From Convolutriloba macropyga (taxonomy: Eukaryota), in the NCBI RefSeq assembly GCF_964194025.1, contig NC_134480.1, forward strand, positions 4,898,001 to 4,962,000: 64,000 nucleotides of DNA. The letters are read 5' to 3'. A program made the position numbers and the translations under genes. Numbering within the stretch: position 1 is the first letter of the stretch; every line of letters starts with the position of its first letter. Positions 26,540 through 40,374 of this stretch are shown here, piece after piece. The notes under the pieces were generated by a model that had not been told where the DNA came from, did not search any database, and was given only the letters and a program-made list of their open reading frames with translations.

Positions 26540-29500
26540 ATCTTAGACTTTTTTTCGTGTACTTAAAGCTGGTCTCAGTAAGGACAGAACCACTTCCTTG
26601 TATAATTCGACAAAAATTTATCTAGTTTGCGGTTTTCTCTAATAATTATTGGTTATATGATTGCACTGCCGCAAGATTTCAAATTTAAAAAAAATTTTTG
26701 GACATTTCGTATTATTGGTTCCTTTTGAAATCTTATAATATTATCTAGTATCAATGGTTCGCATCGGCTGAGAAACGAAGTTCAATGGATCATGGCTGAA
26801 GTTTCGGAGAAAATTTCATGGCTTAAATGGCTTTGATACTTTTTGCACTTTGCTACGGGAAATTTTGGTTTTTGCCTCTATTTGTTGTTTTTTTCATAAT
26901 CATAAGTCATATTGTGATGTCTTATTGATTACCTATGCATGACAAACATCCCTGCACTCACATCGAAGCATAACTGAGCGTGTTTCTTGCCTTCCGTTGA
27001 AGGCTACTGAAATAAATGGCTGTTAAGACTTAAAAAATAGTTTTTTTGAAAATTTTTTTGAAAATTAATCAATCTTAATTTTTGTTTCGTGAACTGAAAG
27101 TCAGTCTCAGTAAGGACAGAACCACTTTATTTTTCTACTTCAACAAAAACATATCTAGTTGGCGGATTTATCTTCTAACTATTAAATTTATTTTGACGAC
27201 CATGAAGATTTATTGCATTATTGGTTACTTTAATCGTCTTATAATTGAATCACTCGTTCTGCTTGATTGTTCCGACCCAATTGTTGAGGGAGGAGCTACA
27301 TACTCAAATGGGTTTTTTTTGTTTGGACAATTTTGGCCGATCGATATAGTCATCATAGAGAAATGTGAGTGGTATCATTAAAAAACTCATTCAGCGTAGA
27401 AATCAAAATTAAAATGTTTTCTGAATTTCGCTTTTTTTGAGGAGTTATCGAGGTTTAAACTTCCATGTGAAAAAGGGATATTCGGTTCAGTTTTGTTCAC
27501 TTTTACCGTAGTTTTTTTGAATTAATATTTCTTCTATATTTTTTACTCAAAAATAAACTTCAGGCCACAAAATAAATCATTTTTCGGCTCTTAATAGACG
27601 AAAGGCAATAAAAAGTCTAGTTCTTGTCTCATAGGGTCGTTTACGATAAAAAATCGAATTCTGTTGGAGAGCACATTTTTGAGAAAAGTTTGCATATTTT
27701 TTTGTTTTTTCAAGTCACCTAGAGACTGGTCACTTTTCATATTGAGGTTCTGTTAATGACAAACTTCATTTACCATCAAATGAAGCCCAGTGAATAAAAT
27801 GTTTGTTTCCAAGGAATTTCTCATGTTTTTTTGGGGTTTCTATCTCAGTTTTCGTAATTCTAAATGAAATTTTGATGTTCTTCTTGAGGTTCTAATAAAT
27901 TTTTGGAATCCTATGTCATAAAGTTGTTGACTAAAAGTGCAATAGGTTTCGTGATTAGCATTAAGTGAACCTATCTAGTGATTTGAGTGCACTGCCAATG
28001 GCTGTTAAGACTTTGAAAATAATTTTTTTTCAGATAAGAAATTTTTCTTTAAAATTAGTCAATCAAAAATTTTTTATTTTGAACAGTAAGTCAGTCTCAG
28101 TAATGACAGGACCCCCCTCCTTCCTGCTGCAACCAAAATTAATCTCGTTAGCGTTTTTATCTTCAAACTTTTTGTTATATGACTTCAATGCCACAAGATT
28201 TAAAAAACATTTTTTTGGAGATGTTGTATTAATGGTTTCTTTTGGAATCTTATCAAGTGTTCCTAATTTTGTTGGCTCCCATTGTTTTAGAAAATACGTT
28301 CAACTGATCATAAAAAAATATTGGACAAAAAAAATTTAAACGGCTTCATTACTCTTTTCTTGCTTTTTTCTACAGAAATTTTGTTTTTTGATTGTATTTG
28401 TTTTCTTTTCATGCTCATAAGTCATATTGTGATGTCCTATTGATTACCTATGCATGAAAAACATCTTTTTACTGTCATCGTGACATAACTGAGCTTGTTT
28501 CTTGCCTTCCATTAAAAGCATTTGAAATTAATGGCTGTTAAGACTTAAAAAATAGTTTTTTTGAAAATTTGTTTGAAAATTAATCAATCTTAAACTTTTT
28601 TTCGTGAACTGAAAGTCAGTCTCAGTAAGGACAGAACCACTCTATTTTTCTACTTCAACAAAAAGATATCTAGTTGGTGGTTTTATCTTCTAACTATTAA
28701 ATTTATTTTGACGACCATGAAGATTTATTGCATTATTGGTTACTTTAATCGTCTTATAATTGAATCACTCGTTCTGTTTGATTGTTCCGACCCAATTGAG
28801 GGGGGAGGAGCTACATACTCAAATGGGTTTTTTTGTTCGGACAATTGTGGCCGATCGATACAGTCATCATAGAGAAATGTGAGTGGTATCATTAAAAAGC
28901 TCGTTCAGCGTAGAATTCAAAACAAAAATATTTTTTGAATATCGGTTTTTTTTTAAGAGTTATCGAGGTTATCATAAACGAACATAAATCAATCTTAAAT
29001 TTTTTCTGTACTGAAATTCAGTCTCAGTAGGGACAGAACCAATTCCTTCTCTAATTCGACAAAAATATATCTAGTTAGCGGTTTTTTCTTGTGACTTTTA
29101 AATTTATTTTGACGACCATGCAATTTTATTACAATATTGAATACTTTAATTGTCTTATAATTGAACCACTCGTTCTGCTTGATTGTTCCGACCCAATTGT
29201 GGGGGGAGCTACATACTCAAATGTTTTTTTGTTCGGACAATTTTGGCCGATTGATATAGTCATCTTAGAGAAATGTGAGTGGTATCATTAAAAAAACTCA
29301 TTCAGCGTAGAATTCAAAATTAAAAAGATTTTTTGAATTTCGGTTTTTTTCGAGGATTTATCGAGGTTTAACGTTCCATTTGAACACGGAATATTCGGTT
29401 CAGTTTTGTTCACCTTTACCGTAGTTTTTTTTGAATTAAAATTTTTTCTATGAAATTTTTAACACAAAAATAAACTTCAGGCCACAAATTAAATCATTTA

Positions 29501-32500
29501 TCGGTTCTTAATAGACAAAAGGCAATAAAAAGTCTAGTTCTTGTCTCATAGGGACGTCTACTATAAAAAAAATCGAATTCTGTTTGAGAGCTCTTTTTTT
29601 GAGAAAAGTTTGCATCTTTTTTTGTTTTTTCAAGTCAACTAGAGACTGATCACTTTTCACATTGAGTTTCCGTTAATGACAAACTAAATTTACCATCAAA
29701 TGAAGCCCTATGAACATAATGTTTGTTTCCAAGGAATCTCTCATGTGTTTTTGGGTGTGTATCTCAGTTTTCGTATTTCTAAAGGCAATGAAAAAACTAG
29801 TTCCTGTCTCATAGGGACGTTTAGTATTAAAAAAATGGAATTCTGTTTGAGGGCTCTTTTTTTGAGAAAACTTTGCTTATTTTTTTGTTTTTTCAAGTCA
29901 CCCAGAGAGTAGTCATTTTTCATATCGAGGTTCCGTTAATGACAAACTTCATTCACAATCAAATGAAGCCCAATTAACAAAAAATTTGTTTCCAAGGAAT
30001 CGCTCATGTTTTTTTGGGTTTGTATCTCAGTTTGTTTATTTCTAAATGAAATTTTGGTTTTCTTCTTGAGAATCTACTAAATTTTTGGAATCCTATGGCA
30101 TAAAGTTGTTGACTAAAAGTGCAATAGGTTTCGTAGTTAGCATTAAGTGAACCTGTCTAGTGATTTGAGTGCACAGCTAATGGCTGTTAAGACTTTGAAA
30201 ATAAATTTTTTTCAGACAAGATATTTTTCTTTAAAATTGGTCAATCAAAAATTTATTATTGTGAACAGTAAGTCAGTCTCAGTAATGACAGGACCCCCTT
30301 CTTCTTACTGCAACCAAAACTAATCTCGTTAGCGTTTTTATCTTCTGAATATTTGTTATATGACTTCAATGCCACAAGATTTCAAAATAATTTTTTTTTA
30401 AATTTTGGAGATGTCGTATTATTGGTTCTTTTGGAAATCTTATGGAAATCTTATTGGTTCTTTTTGTTATCCTAATATTGATGGCTCTCATTTTTTCGCA
30501 AATACGTTCAACCAGTCATAGGTAAAGTTTTCGGAGAAAAAAAAGCTTTAAATGGCTTCAACACTCTCTTCTTGCAGTTTTCTACAGAATTTTTGGTTTT
30601 TGCTTGTATTTGTTTTTTTCATAGTTAAAAGACTTATTGTAATATCTTTTTGATTACCTATGCATGACAAACATGTTTGTCCTCACATTGTGGCATAATT
30701 GAGCATATTTATTAATTTCCGTTGGAAGCTATTGAATTTAAAGGCTGTTGAAACCTTAAAAATTTTTTTTGAATTTTTTTGAACATAAATCAATCTTAAA
30801 TTTTTTCTGTACTGAAATTCAGTCTCAGTAGGGACAGAACCAATTCCTTCTCTAATTCGACAAAAATATATCTAGTTAGCGGTTTTTTCTTGTGACTTTT
30901 AAATTTATTTTGACGACCATGCAATTTTATTACAATATTGAATACTTTAATTGTCTTATAATTGAACCACTCGTTCTGCTTGATTGTTCCGACCCAATTG
31001 TGGAGGGAGCTACATACTCAAATGTTTTTTGTTCGGACAATTTTGGCCGATTGATATAGTCATCTTAGAGAAATGTGAGTGGTATCATTAAAAAAACTCA
31101 TTCAGCGTAGAATTCAAAATTAAAAAGATTTTTTGAATTTCGGTTTTTTTCGAGGATTTATCGAGGTTTAACGTTCCATTTGAACACGGAATATTCGGTT
31201 CAGTTTTGTTCACCTTTACCGTAGTTTTTTTTTGAATTAAAATTTTTTCTATGAAATTTTTAACACAAAAATAAACTTCAGGCCACAAATTAAATCATTT
31301 TTCGGTTCTTAATAGACAAAAGGCAATAAAAAGTCTAGTTCTTGTCTCATAGGGACGTCTACTATAAAAAAATCGAATTCTGTTTGAGAGCTCTTTTTTT
31401 GAGAAAAGTTTGCATCTTTTTTTGTTTTTTCAAGTCAACTAGAGACTGATCTCTTTTCACATTGAGTTTCCGTTAATGACAAACTAAATTTACCATCAAA
31501 TGAAGCCCTATGAACATAATGTTTGTTTCCAAGGAATCTTTCATGTGTTTTTGGGTGTGTAACTCAGTTTTCGTATTTCTAAAGGCAATGAAAAAAGTAG
31601 TTCCTGTCTCATAGGGACGTTTAGTATTAAAAAAATGGAATTCTGTTTGAGGGCTCTTTTTTTGAGAAAACTTTGCTTATTTTTTTGTTTTTTCAAGTCA
31701 CCCAGAGAGTAGTCATTTTTCATATCGAGGTTCCGTTAATGACAAACTTCATTCACAATTAAATGAAGCCCAATTAACAAAAAATTTGTTTCCAAGGAAT
31801 CGCTCATGTTTTTTTGGGTTTGTATCTCAGTTTGTTTATTTCTAAATGAAATTTTGGTTTTCTTCTTGAGAATCTACTAAATTTTTGGAATCCTATGGCA
31901 TAAAGTTGTTGACTAAAAGTGCAATAGGTTTCGTAGTTAGCATTAAGTGAACCTGTCTAGTGATTTGAGTGCACAGCTAATGGCTGTTAAGACTTTGAAA
32001 ATAAATTTTTTTCAGATAAGATATTTTTCTTTAAAATTGGTCAATCAAAAATTTATTATTGTGAACAGTAAGTCAGTCGTCAGTCTCAGTAATGACAGGG
32101 CCCCCTTCTTCTTACTGCAACCAAATCTAATCTCGTTAGCGTTTTTATCTTCCAAATATTTGTTATATGACTTCAATGCCACAAGATTTCAAAATAATTT
32201 TTTTTTAAATTTGATGTCGTATTATTGGTTCTTTTGGAAATCTTATGGAAATCTTATTGGTTCTTTTTGTTATCCTAATATTGATGGCTCTCATTTTTTC
32301 GCAAATACGTTCAACCAGTCATAGGTAAAGTTTTCGGAGAAAAAAAAGCTTTAAATGGCTTCAACACTCTCTTCTTGCAGTTTTCTACAGAATTTTTGGT
32401 TTTTGCTTGTATTTGTTTTTTTCATAGTTAAAAGACTTATTGTAATATCTTTTTGATTACCTATGCATGACAAACATGTTTGTCCTCACATTGTGGCATA

Positions 32501-35500
32501 ATTGAGCATATTTATTAATTTCCGTTGGAAGCTATTGAATTTAAAGGCTGTTGAAACCTTAAACATTTTTTTTGAATTTTTTTGAACATAAATCAATCTT
32601 AACTTTTTTCTGTACTGAAATTCAGTTTCAGTAGGGACAGAACCAATTCCTTCTCTAATTCGACAAAAATATATCTAGTTAGTGGTTTTTTCTTGTGAAT
32701 TTTAAATTTATTTTGACGACCATGCAATTTTATTACAATATTGAATACTTTAATTGTCTTATAATTGAACCACTCGTTCTGCTTGATTGTTCCGACCCAA
32801 TTGTGGGGGAGCTACATACTCAAATGTTTTTTTTGTTCGGACAATTTTGGTCGATTGATATAGTCATCATAGAGAAATGTGAGTGGTATCATTAAAAAAA
32901 CTCATTCAGCGTAGAATTCAAAATTAAAAAGATTTTTTGAATTTCGGTTTTTTTCGAGGATATATCGAGGTTTAACGTTCCATTTGAACACGGGATATCC
33001 GGTTCAGTTTTATTCGCCTTTACCGCAATTTTTTTGAACTAAATTTTTTTAATGAAATTTATAACTCAAAACTGCATTTCAGGCGACAAAATAAATCACC
33101 TCCTTTGTTCCTAATAGACGAAAGGCAAAAAAAACTAGTTCCTGTCTCATAGGGACGTTTACTATTAAAAAAATGTAATTCTGTTTGAGGGCTCTTTTTT
33201 GAGAAAACTTTGCTTATTTTTTTGTTTTTTCAAGTCACGTAGAGACTAGTTATTTCTCATATCGAGGTTCCGTTAATGACAAACTTCATTCACAATCAAA
33301 TGAAGCCCAATGAACAAAAAATTTGTTCCCAAGGGATCGCTCATGTTATTTTGGGTTTGTAACTCAGTTTGCGTATTTCTAGAGGAAATTTTGGTTTTCT
33401 TCTTGAGAATCTACTAAAGTTTTGGAACCCTATGGCAGAAAGTTGTAGACTAAAAGTGCAATAGGTCTCGTAATTAGCATTAAATGAACCTATCTAGTGA
33501 TTTGTGTGAACAGCTAATGGCTGTTAAGACTTTGAAAATAAGGTTTGGAATTTTTTTATATTAATCAATCAAAAAATTATTATTATTATGAACTCTAAGT
33601 CAGTCTCAGTAATGACAGGACCCTCTCCTTCCTACTGCCTCAAAAACTAATCTCGCTAGCGTTTTTATCTTCTAAATATTAGTTATATGACTTCAATGCC
33701 ACAAGATTTCAAAAAATATTTTTTTAATTTTTGGAGATGTCGTATTATTGGTTCTTTTGGAAATGTTATGGAAATCTTATTGTTTCCTTTGGTTATCCTA
33801 ATATTGATGGCTCTCATTTTTTCGCAAATACGTTCAACCAGTCATAGATAAAGTTTTCGGAGAAAAAAAAGGTTTAAATGGCTTCAACACTCTCTTCTTG
33901 CAGTTTTCTACAGCATTTTTGGTTTTTGCTTGTATTTGTTTTTTCCATAGTTAAGAGACTTATTGTGATATCTTATTGATTACCTATGCATGACAAACAT
34001 GTTTGTCCTCACATTGTGGCATAATTCAGCATATTTATTAATTTTCGTTGGAAGTTATTGAATTTAAAGGCTGTTGAAACCTTAAAAGTTTTTTGAATTT
34101 TTTTGAACATAAATCAATCTTAACTTTTTTCTGTACTGAAAGTCAGTCTCAGTAAGGACAGAACCACTTCCTTCTCTAATTTGACAAAAATATATCTAGT
34201 TAGCGGTTTTATCTTGTAACTTTTAAATTTATTTGACGACCATGCAATTTTATTACAATATTGAATACTTTAATTGTCTTATAATTGAACCACTCGTTCT
34301 GCTTGATTTTTCCGACCCAATTGTGGGGGGAGCTACATACTCAAATGTTTTTTTTGTTCGGACAATTTTGGCCGATTGATATAGTCATCATAGAGAAACG
34401 TGAGTGGTATCATTAAAAAACTCATTCAGCGTAGAATTCAAAATTAAAAAGATTTTTTGAATTTCGGTTTTTTTCGAGGATTTATCGAGGTTTAAAGTTC
34501 CATTTGAAAACGGGATTTTCGGTTCAGTTTTGTTCGCTTTTACCGTAATTTTGTTGAACTAAAATTTCAGGCGACAAAATAAATCACCTCTTTTGTTCCT
34601 AATAGACGAAAGGCAAAAAAAACTAGTTCCTGTCTCATAGGGACGTTTACTATAAAAAAATGGAATTCTGTTTGAGGGCTCTTTTTTTTGAAAAAACTTT
34701 GCTTATTTTTTTGTTTTTTAAGTCACCTAGAGACTAGTTATTTTTCATATCGAGGTTCCGTTAATGACAAATTTCATTCACAATCAAATGAAACCCAATG
34801 AACAAAAAATTTGTTTCCAAGGAATCGCTCATGTTTTGTTGGGTTTGTATCTCAGTTTGCGTATTTCTAAATAAAATTTTGGTTTTCTTCTTGAGAGTCT
34901 ACTAAATTTTTGGAATCCTATGGCATAAAGTTGTAAACTAAAAGTGCAATAGGTTTCGTAATTAGCATTAAGTGAACCTATCTAATGATTTGTGTGAACA
35001 GCTAATGCCTGTTAAGACTTTGAAAATAAGATTTGGATTTTTTTTATATTAATCAATCAAAAAATTATTAAAATTGTGAACTGTAAGTCAGTCTCAGTAA
35101 TGACAGGACCCTCATTCCTACTGCAACAAAAACTAATCGGGTTAGCGTTTTTATCTTCTAACTTTTGGTTATATGACTTCAAAGCCAAAAGGTTTCAAGA
35201 TATTTTTTTTAGTTTTGGAGATGTCGTTCTTTGGTTCTTTTTGAAATCTTATCAAGTAATCCTATTATTGATGGCTCCCATTGTTTTTGCAAATACGATC
35301 AACCGATCATAGATAAAGTTTTTGGAGAAACAAAAGGTTTAAATAGCTTCAACACTCTCTTCTTGCGCTTTTGTCCTCACATTGTGGCATAATTGAGCGT
35401 ATTTGTCAATTTCCGTTGAAAGCAATTGAATTAAGAGGCAGTTAAAACCTTTAAAAAAATTTTTTGTATTTTTTTGAACATAAACCAATCTTATGCTTTT

Positions 35501-36700
35501 TTCTGTACTGAAAGTCAGTCTCAGTAAGGACAGAACCACTTCTTTTGGTAATTCGACAAATTTTTTCTGATTGGCGGTATTATCTACTAACTGTTGGTTA
35601 TATGATTTCACTGCCACAAGATTTCAAATTTTTTTAAAAAATTTTTTGGACATTCCTTATTATTGCTTCCAATTGAAATCTTATCCTGTTACCCTATTTT
35701 TAATGGCTTCAATCTGCTTAGAAAAAAAAACTTCAATGGATTGTAGCTAAGGTTTTCAGTGAAAACGTATGGTTTGAATGGCTTCGACACTTTATTGCAT
35801 TCTTCTACCAGAATTTTTGGTTTTTGCCTGTAATTGTTGTTGTTTTCATAGTCATAAAATTTTTTGTTGTGTCTTATTGACTACCTATGCATAACAAACA
35901 TCCCTGCACGCACATCGAAGCATAACTGAGCTTGTTTATTGACTTCCGTTGAAAGCTATTGAAATTAACGGCTGTTTAGACTTTAGAAATAGTTTTTTGA
36001 AACTTTTTTGAAAATTAATCAACCTTAAACATTTTTTCTTCGTAAACTGTAAGTCAGTGTCAGTAATGAGAGAACCCCCTTTCTTTCTATTTCAACACAA
36101 ATTTATCTCTTAGCGTTTTTACTTCGTGACTATTGTTTTTTTTTTACTTCGATGGACAAGTTTTCATAATTTTTTTTATTTTTTGTATATTTCTTTCGTA
36201 ATTTTGGGTTCTTTTGAAATCAAATCACTATGTCCTAATATTGATAGTTACCCCTCGGTTTAAAAAAGACATTTAAAGGATTGTAGAAAAGGTTGTCAGA
36301 GAAAAGCTTATGATTAAAATGGCCTCGACACTTTCTTCTCGCACTTTTCCACTGAGTTTTTAGATTTTTCGTGTATTAGGTGTTGTGTTCATAGTAAATG
36401 ACATCTTGTAATGTCTGATTGATAACTTTTGAATGCTATACATCCTTGTCGTTACATCAAGGTGGAATTTAGAGTATATAATGGCTTCCATTCAAAGCTA
36501 TTGAATTTTTATGATGTTGATACCATGGGATTTCTCAAAAGTTTTGTGGTCTTAATGTACTTTTCATTGCCATACGACTTATTGCGATGTGTTAATGAAG
36601 ACTAATGGATGAAGAATACCAGTGCTTTCCCATCGTGAAAGAATTTTGCTTGTTTATTTAATTCCATTGAAAACTATTGAGATTAATGGCTTGGATACTT
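26540..36700 (+). repeat. Complex satellite: ~530-bp subunits plus an intervening block, forming 1.4-1.8-kb higher-order units
   Basis: Marker GTCTCAGTA..GACAG recurs about 14 times (~26570 to ~36055). AACATAAA.CAATCTTA at ~28981, 30782, 32585, 34105 and 35477 gives periods of ~1801, 1803, 1520 and 1372. Confidence 0.92.
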
Positions 36701-38829
36701 TTGGTTTTCTAAGAAAGAACTTTGTGATTTTATTATGTTAGATTAAGTTTGTTGTTTTTCAAGTCTTTGTGTAACTATAAAAACAGTCCAATTGTTGTTG
36801 AAAAACTAATTGAAAAGAGAAAAATTTTTACTGAAAAGTTATTTCTCTAATGGTTTTGACACATTTTTCGTTTAATTTTTTTGAATTTGCTGTTTTCGCT
36901 TTTTTTTGTTCTTTAGATAGCCGTAAACTGCTGACCAAACTGATAAACTTGTAATTGCCAGTTAACTGAATGATGTTAACCCAAGCATTCAGTTCATAGC
37001 AAGTAATCTTGAAGTTTGTGATTTTAAACAGTTTCAAAGATTTCGACAACTTGTAACTTATTCTCGTCATTGAGAGGTTCCATCAAATTTCTTGAATTTC
37101 AAAGTTCAACAAGTTTAGTGATATTATGTCGGAAAAGATGTTAGCTTTGGATAACAGGATGCGTTTTCTTGAAATTTTTGTGAGTGGTTTATTTGTGTTT
37201 CTTTTTCTCTTCTTTTTAGCAAATTCAGGTAATAACAGATTCCAATGATTTTCAAATGTTGCTCAAATGAACTTATTTACTCTTTCAGTATAATTTTAGC
37301 TGAATCAGTATAAATAAAAATTGAATAAAATACTTTATGTTCAGATAGTACCTAATGATTTTAATGGCTTTGAATAATTTGTGTTTTTGCAAATTGTTCC
37401 TAATTTTTTGAGATTTTCTCCGTCTTTATTCCGTTGTTATGGCTTAGTCTAACTAAAGACGGATCCCATTGGTTTCATAATAAATTTTAATTGTATTTAT
37501 TTTGAGTTTTTTTGTTATAAGCTAAAGATTTTTTATACTTTTTAAATTATTTGTTTAAAAAGATGTTGATTATTTTTTCCTTTTAACCTTGTTCTTTCTC
37601 TTTGTCGAATTGTTACCTAGTCTGATTAAGGAAAACATCAATCTACTGTATATTTAAGAAAAACTGAATTTGTGTATTTAAGGTTTTATCTGATTGCTTT
37701 TTGACGTTGCTACAAAGTGCATTTAAATTTAGATAAAGTGTTCCTGCCGTGAGATTTTTGTTTTTGCTTATTTTGTTGTTTTTTGTTTTTTTTTCTCGTA
37801 GTCTCTTTAATGGCAGATCTCGTGAGTTTTGTAATGATGCATGGCATTATGTAATTCAGTTAGTAATTTGGGTATGTAACAATTCTTTTAAACTCAAACG
37901 TCTTTTTTTGTTATCTCCTGATTTGGTTTAGATGAGCTGGGGTCGGAACATCATGTGCGAACGCACATTAACGAGCATCCTTGTTACATTATTGATTATA
38001 TTAATTGTCTTATAAATGAACCACTATCTCCGCTTGATTTACTTTTATACTGGAAAGTAAATATGATCGTGGTAAACTTTAATAATGGAAATGCTTTACA
38101 TTGTTAAAATTTTGAATACAGAGAAAATGTTGAACTAAATTCGTCATTTGAAGTTTTGTAGCAATATTTTGGCTTACGAAAATTTGCGAAATCCTTTTTT
38201 TGATAAACCAATTTCTGTCATAAGAATAGAATGATAGTTTTTGAACAAATGCACTAAAATCCAAATGAAACAACACAGATTTTCAGATCCAGGGTTCTGG
38301 ATTATCGAACATTTCGAAATAACCAAGGTTTAATAGTCTTTATTTTTGCAATTTTATTCGATTTTATTATGTAGGTTGAGTTTGATTTGTCGGTTTCTTA
38401 TCCTTAAGTAAAATTTATTAATTGCGCTTATCAAAAAGGAAATTTTCTATTGATTATTATTTCTAATTTGTACCTTTTCAAGGCAAAGAAAAACTTTTTT
38501 TGCTGCCCTTTTAGGAAATTCGTTTTCTCTCATCAATGACCTGTGTTGTGCAGCTTATCCTCAGCAATTACTTAAAATTTTGCTGCATTAAAAAAGCTAT
38601 TCCTGTGTCCTACATAATTTGCAAGTAGAGATATGTTTGTTAAAGAATCCCGCACCTAAGAGAGTTTTCAATCTTTCTAAAGCGCTCAACAAGGCCTAAA
38701 GAAAACGCTATGGGTACTCAACAGAGGCAATAGGCTTCACTAGTGTTAACTTCACTAAAAAGTTAACTATTCAACAGTGAACAGTTTGGTTATTATACAA
38801 TATTAGTGTGAATAGAGAAGAGAATAGTG

Positions 38830-38945
38830 AACACGTTTTATTGTCCAGCCAAATTCCAGAACACGTTTTTCATCCAGCCAAATTCTAGGACGGTTGTTTT
38901 AGTTCCAGCCAAAGTCCAGAACATCACATTGGGTGCAGACAAATT
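38830..38945 (+). repeat. Short degenerate minisatellite (CCAGCCAAATTC core, ~30-bp period)
   Basis: CCAGCCAAA at ~38845, 38874 and 38904, with weaker copies to ~39030. Confidence 0.7.
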
Positions 38946-39512
38946 CTTTTCCTACCCAATATCTGTCGAGGACGGTCTTTTAATATTTCCAGGTCCCGAC
39001 TAGGAAAGGGTTTTTAATCAAAGCCAAATTAAGGAAAGCGTGACAAAAAATCCGGGATTAAAATGACCAATCAGAGAACTAGAACTACAAATTCAGGGTA
39101 AGCTAGAACATTTAGCTTGAACGACCAGTTTCAGCCCACCTGAGTGTATTGTCATCGAAATATAAGTGATCGATTGTTGATAGATGGATTGAATACGGCA
39201 GCTTAACGATCTTTTCTGTGTAGGCGAAGAAAATGACATTGAAATCTCTTTAAAAACTTCAAAGTTACCAAAACACAAAAAAATTCAGCACGTTTCTTAA
39301 GAAATAATGCGCTGAAACAGCGTTGACATCTCGACCCGGGATAGAAAGCAAAATTTAGTTTTTTTGTGGCGGGGGAGGGGGGGGGGGGGGCGCAAGGGGG
39401 AAGAGGCAAAAGCGGAAAAGATCCTTAGGTTAGCTGCCCGCGCTTTGTTAACAAACCATTTATTAAAACAATTCAATTCAAAAATCAAATAAATAATATC
39501 TTTTTATAATTT

Positions 39513-40374
39513 TTATTTGGAATCAAAACTTTGAGCTCGTGAATTGCATTCTGAATTAAGATTACAAGTCAGCATTTTCAACCAATCTGTCAAAATTTCT
39601 TGCTTTTGAAATCTTAGCACAAAAGTTTCTGATCTGTAACCGAAAGTGATCTGGGTCAAACTTGTTTGTTTTCTGTCGTATTTCACTTTTATTTGTGCCC
39701 GACTGAAGAGGGCCTGAGGAGTCGAATCTAAAGCCGAAGTTGTAATTAGCAGAAAGTTGGGATACATTTTCCCGTAAAGCTGGGTGCCATGCTTTTTTGT
39801 AGATAGCTGTAGGCTAAGCGCACTTTCGAAAATGACAGTGCATTCGAAGAAAATTGGGTTGATTTCTAAATGGTACGGGTCAATATTGTGATTATCAAGC
39901 AGCGATAAATCGCTTGGAACTTTCGTCAAGTCTGGAACTGTAAAACTGGGCAAAAGTTTTACTTTATTTGGGGTAAAATGAGACATATCGTTTTTTATAA
40001 CAGACGACGAATTAGCCCGGTGGTAGCTAACTGGCGAGTCGTTTCTAGATTCGGCGGGTAGCGAGGCATTTCCGATTCCGTTTTCAAGTTGCATACTGTC
40101 TGTTAAGGACAATTTTCTCTGGACGCTGCAGTAAATTTTGCGCGTGAACAAGGCTGCGCATTTTTGAATTAAGTATAAATATTGGTCTTCTTCGTCGTTA
40201 CAATCGATTAGAGGGACTATTTTTTTCTTGGTTAGAGTCGCTTTTTGACTTTGTTTTTCGCGGCGTTTTTCGGCTAGTAAAAGCAAGTGACGTGTCTTTT
40301 CAATCTCGGATATCCACTCAAGACGTTCCAAATCCATTTGGTGTTCCAAAATCGGTACTGGAAGAACCGGATCT
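39513..40374 (-). CDS. Kinesin-3 terminal exon (PH-like domain, stop)
   Basis: ttttag|A GAT; [22 protein letters not shown]; ends ..TDWLKML..DSK*. AATAAA on - overlaps the stop and recurs at ~39459-39464. Confidence 0.9.

Noticed and set aside
27082-35617. ORFs within the complex satellite
   Set aside because: Frames are not preserved between copies and there are no recognisable domains.
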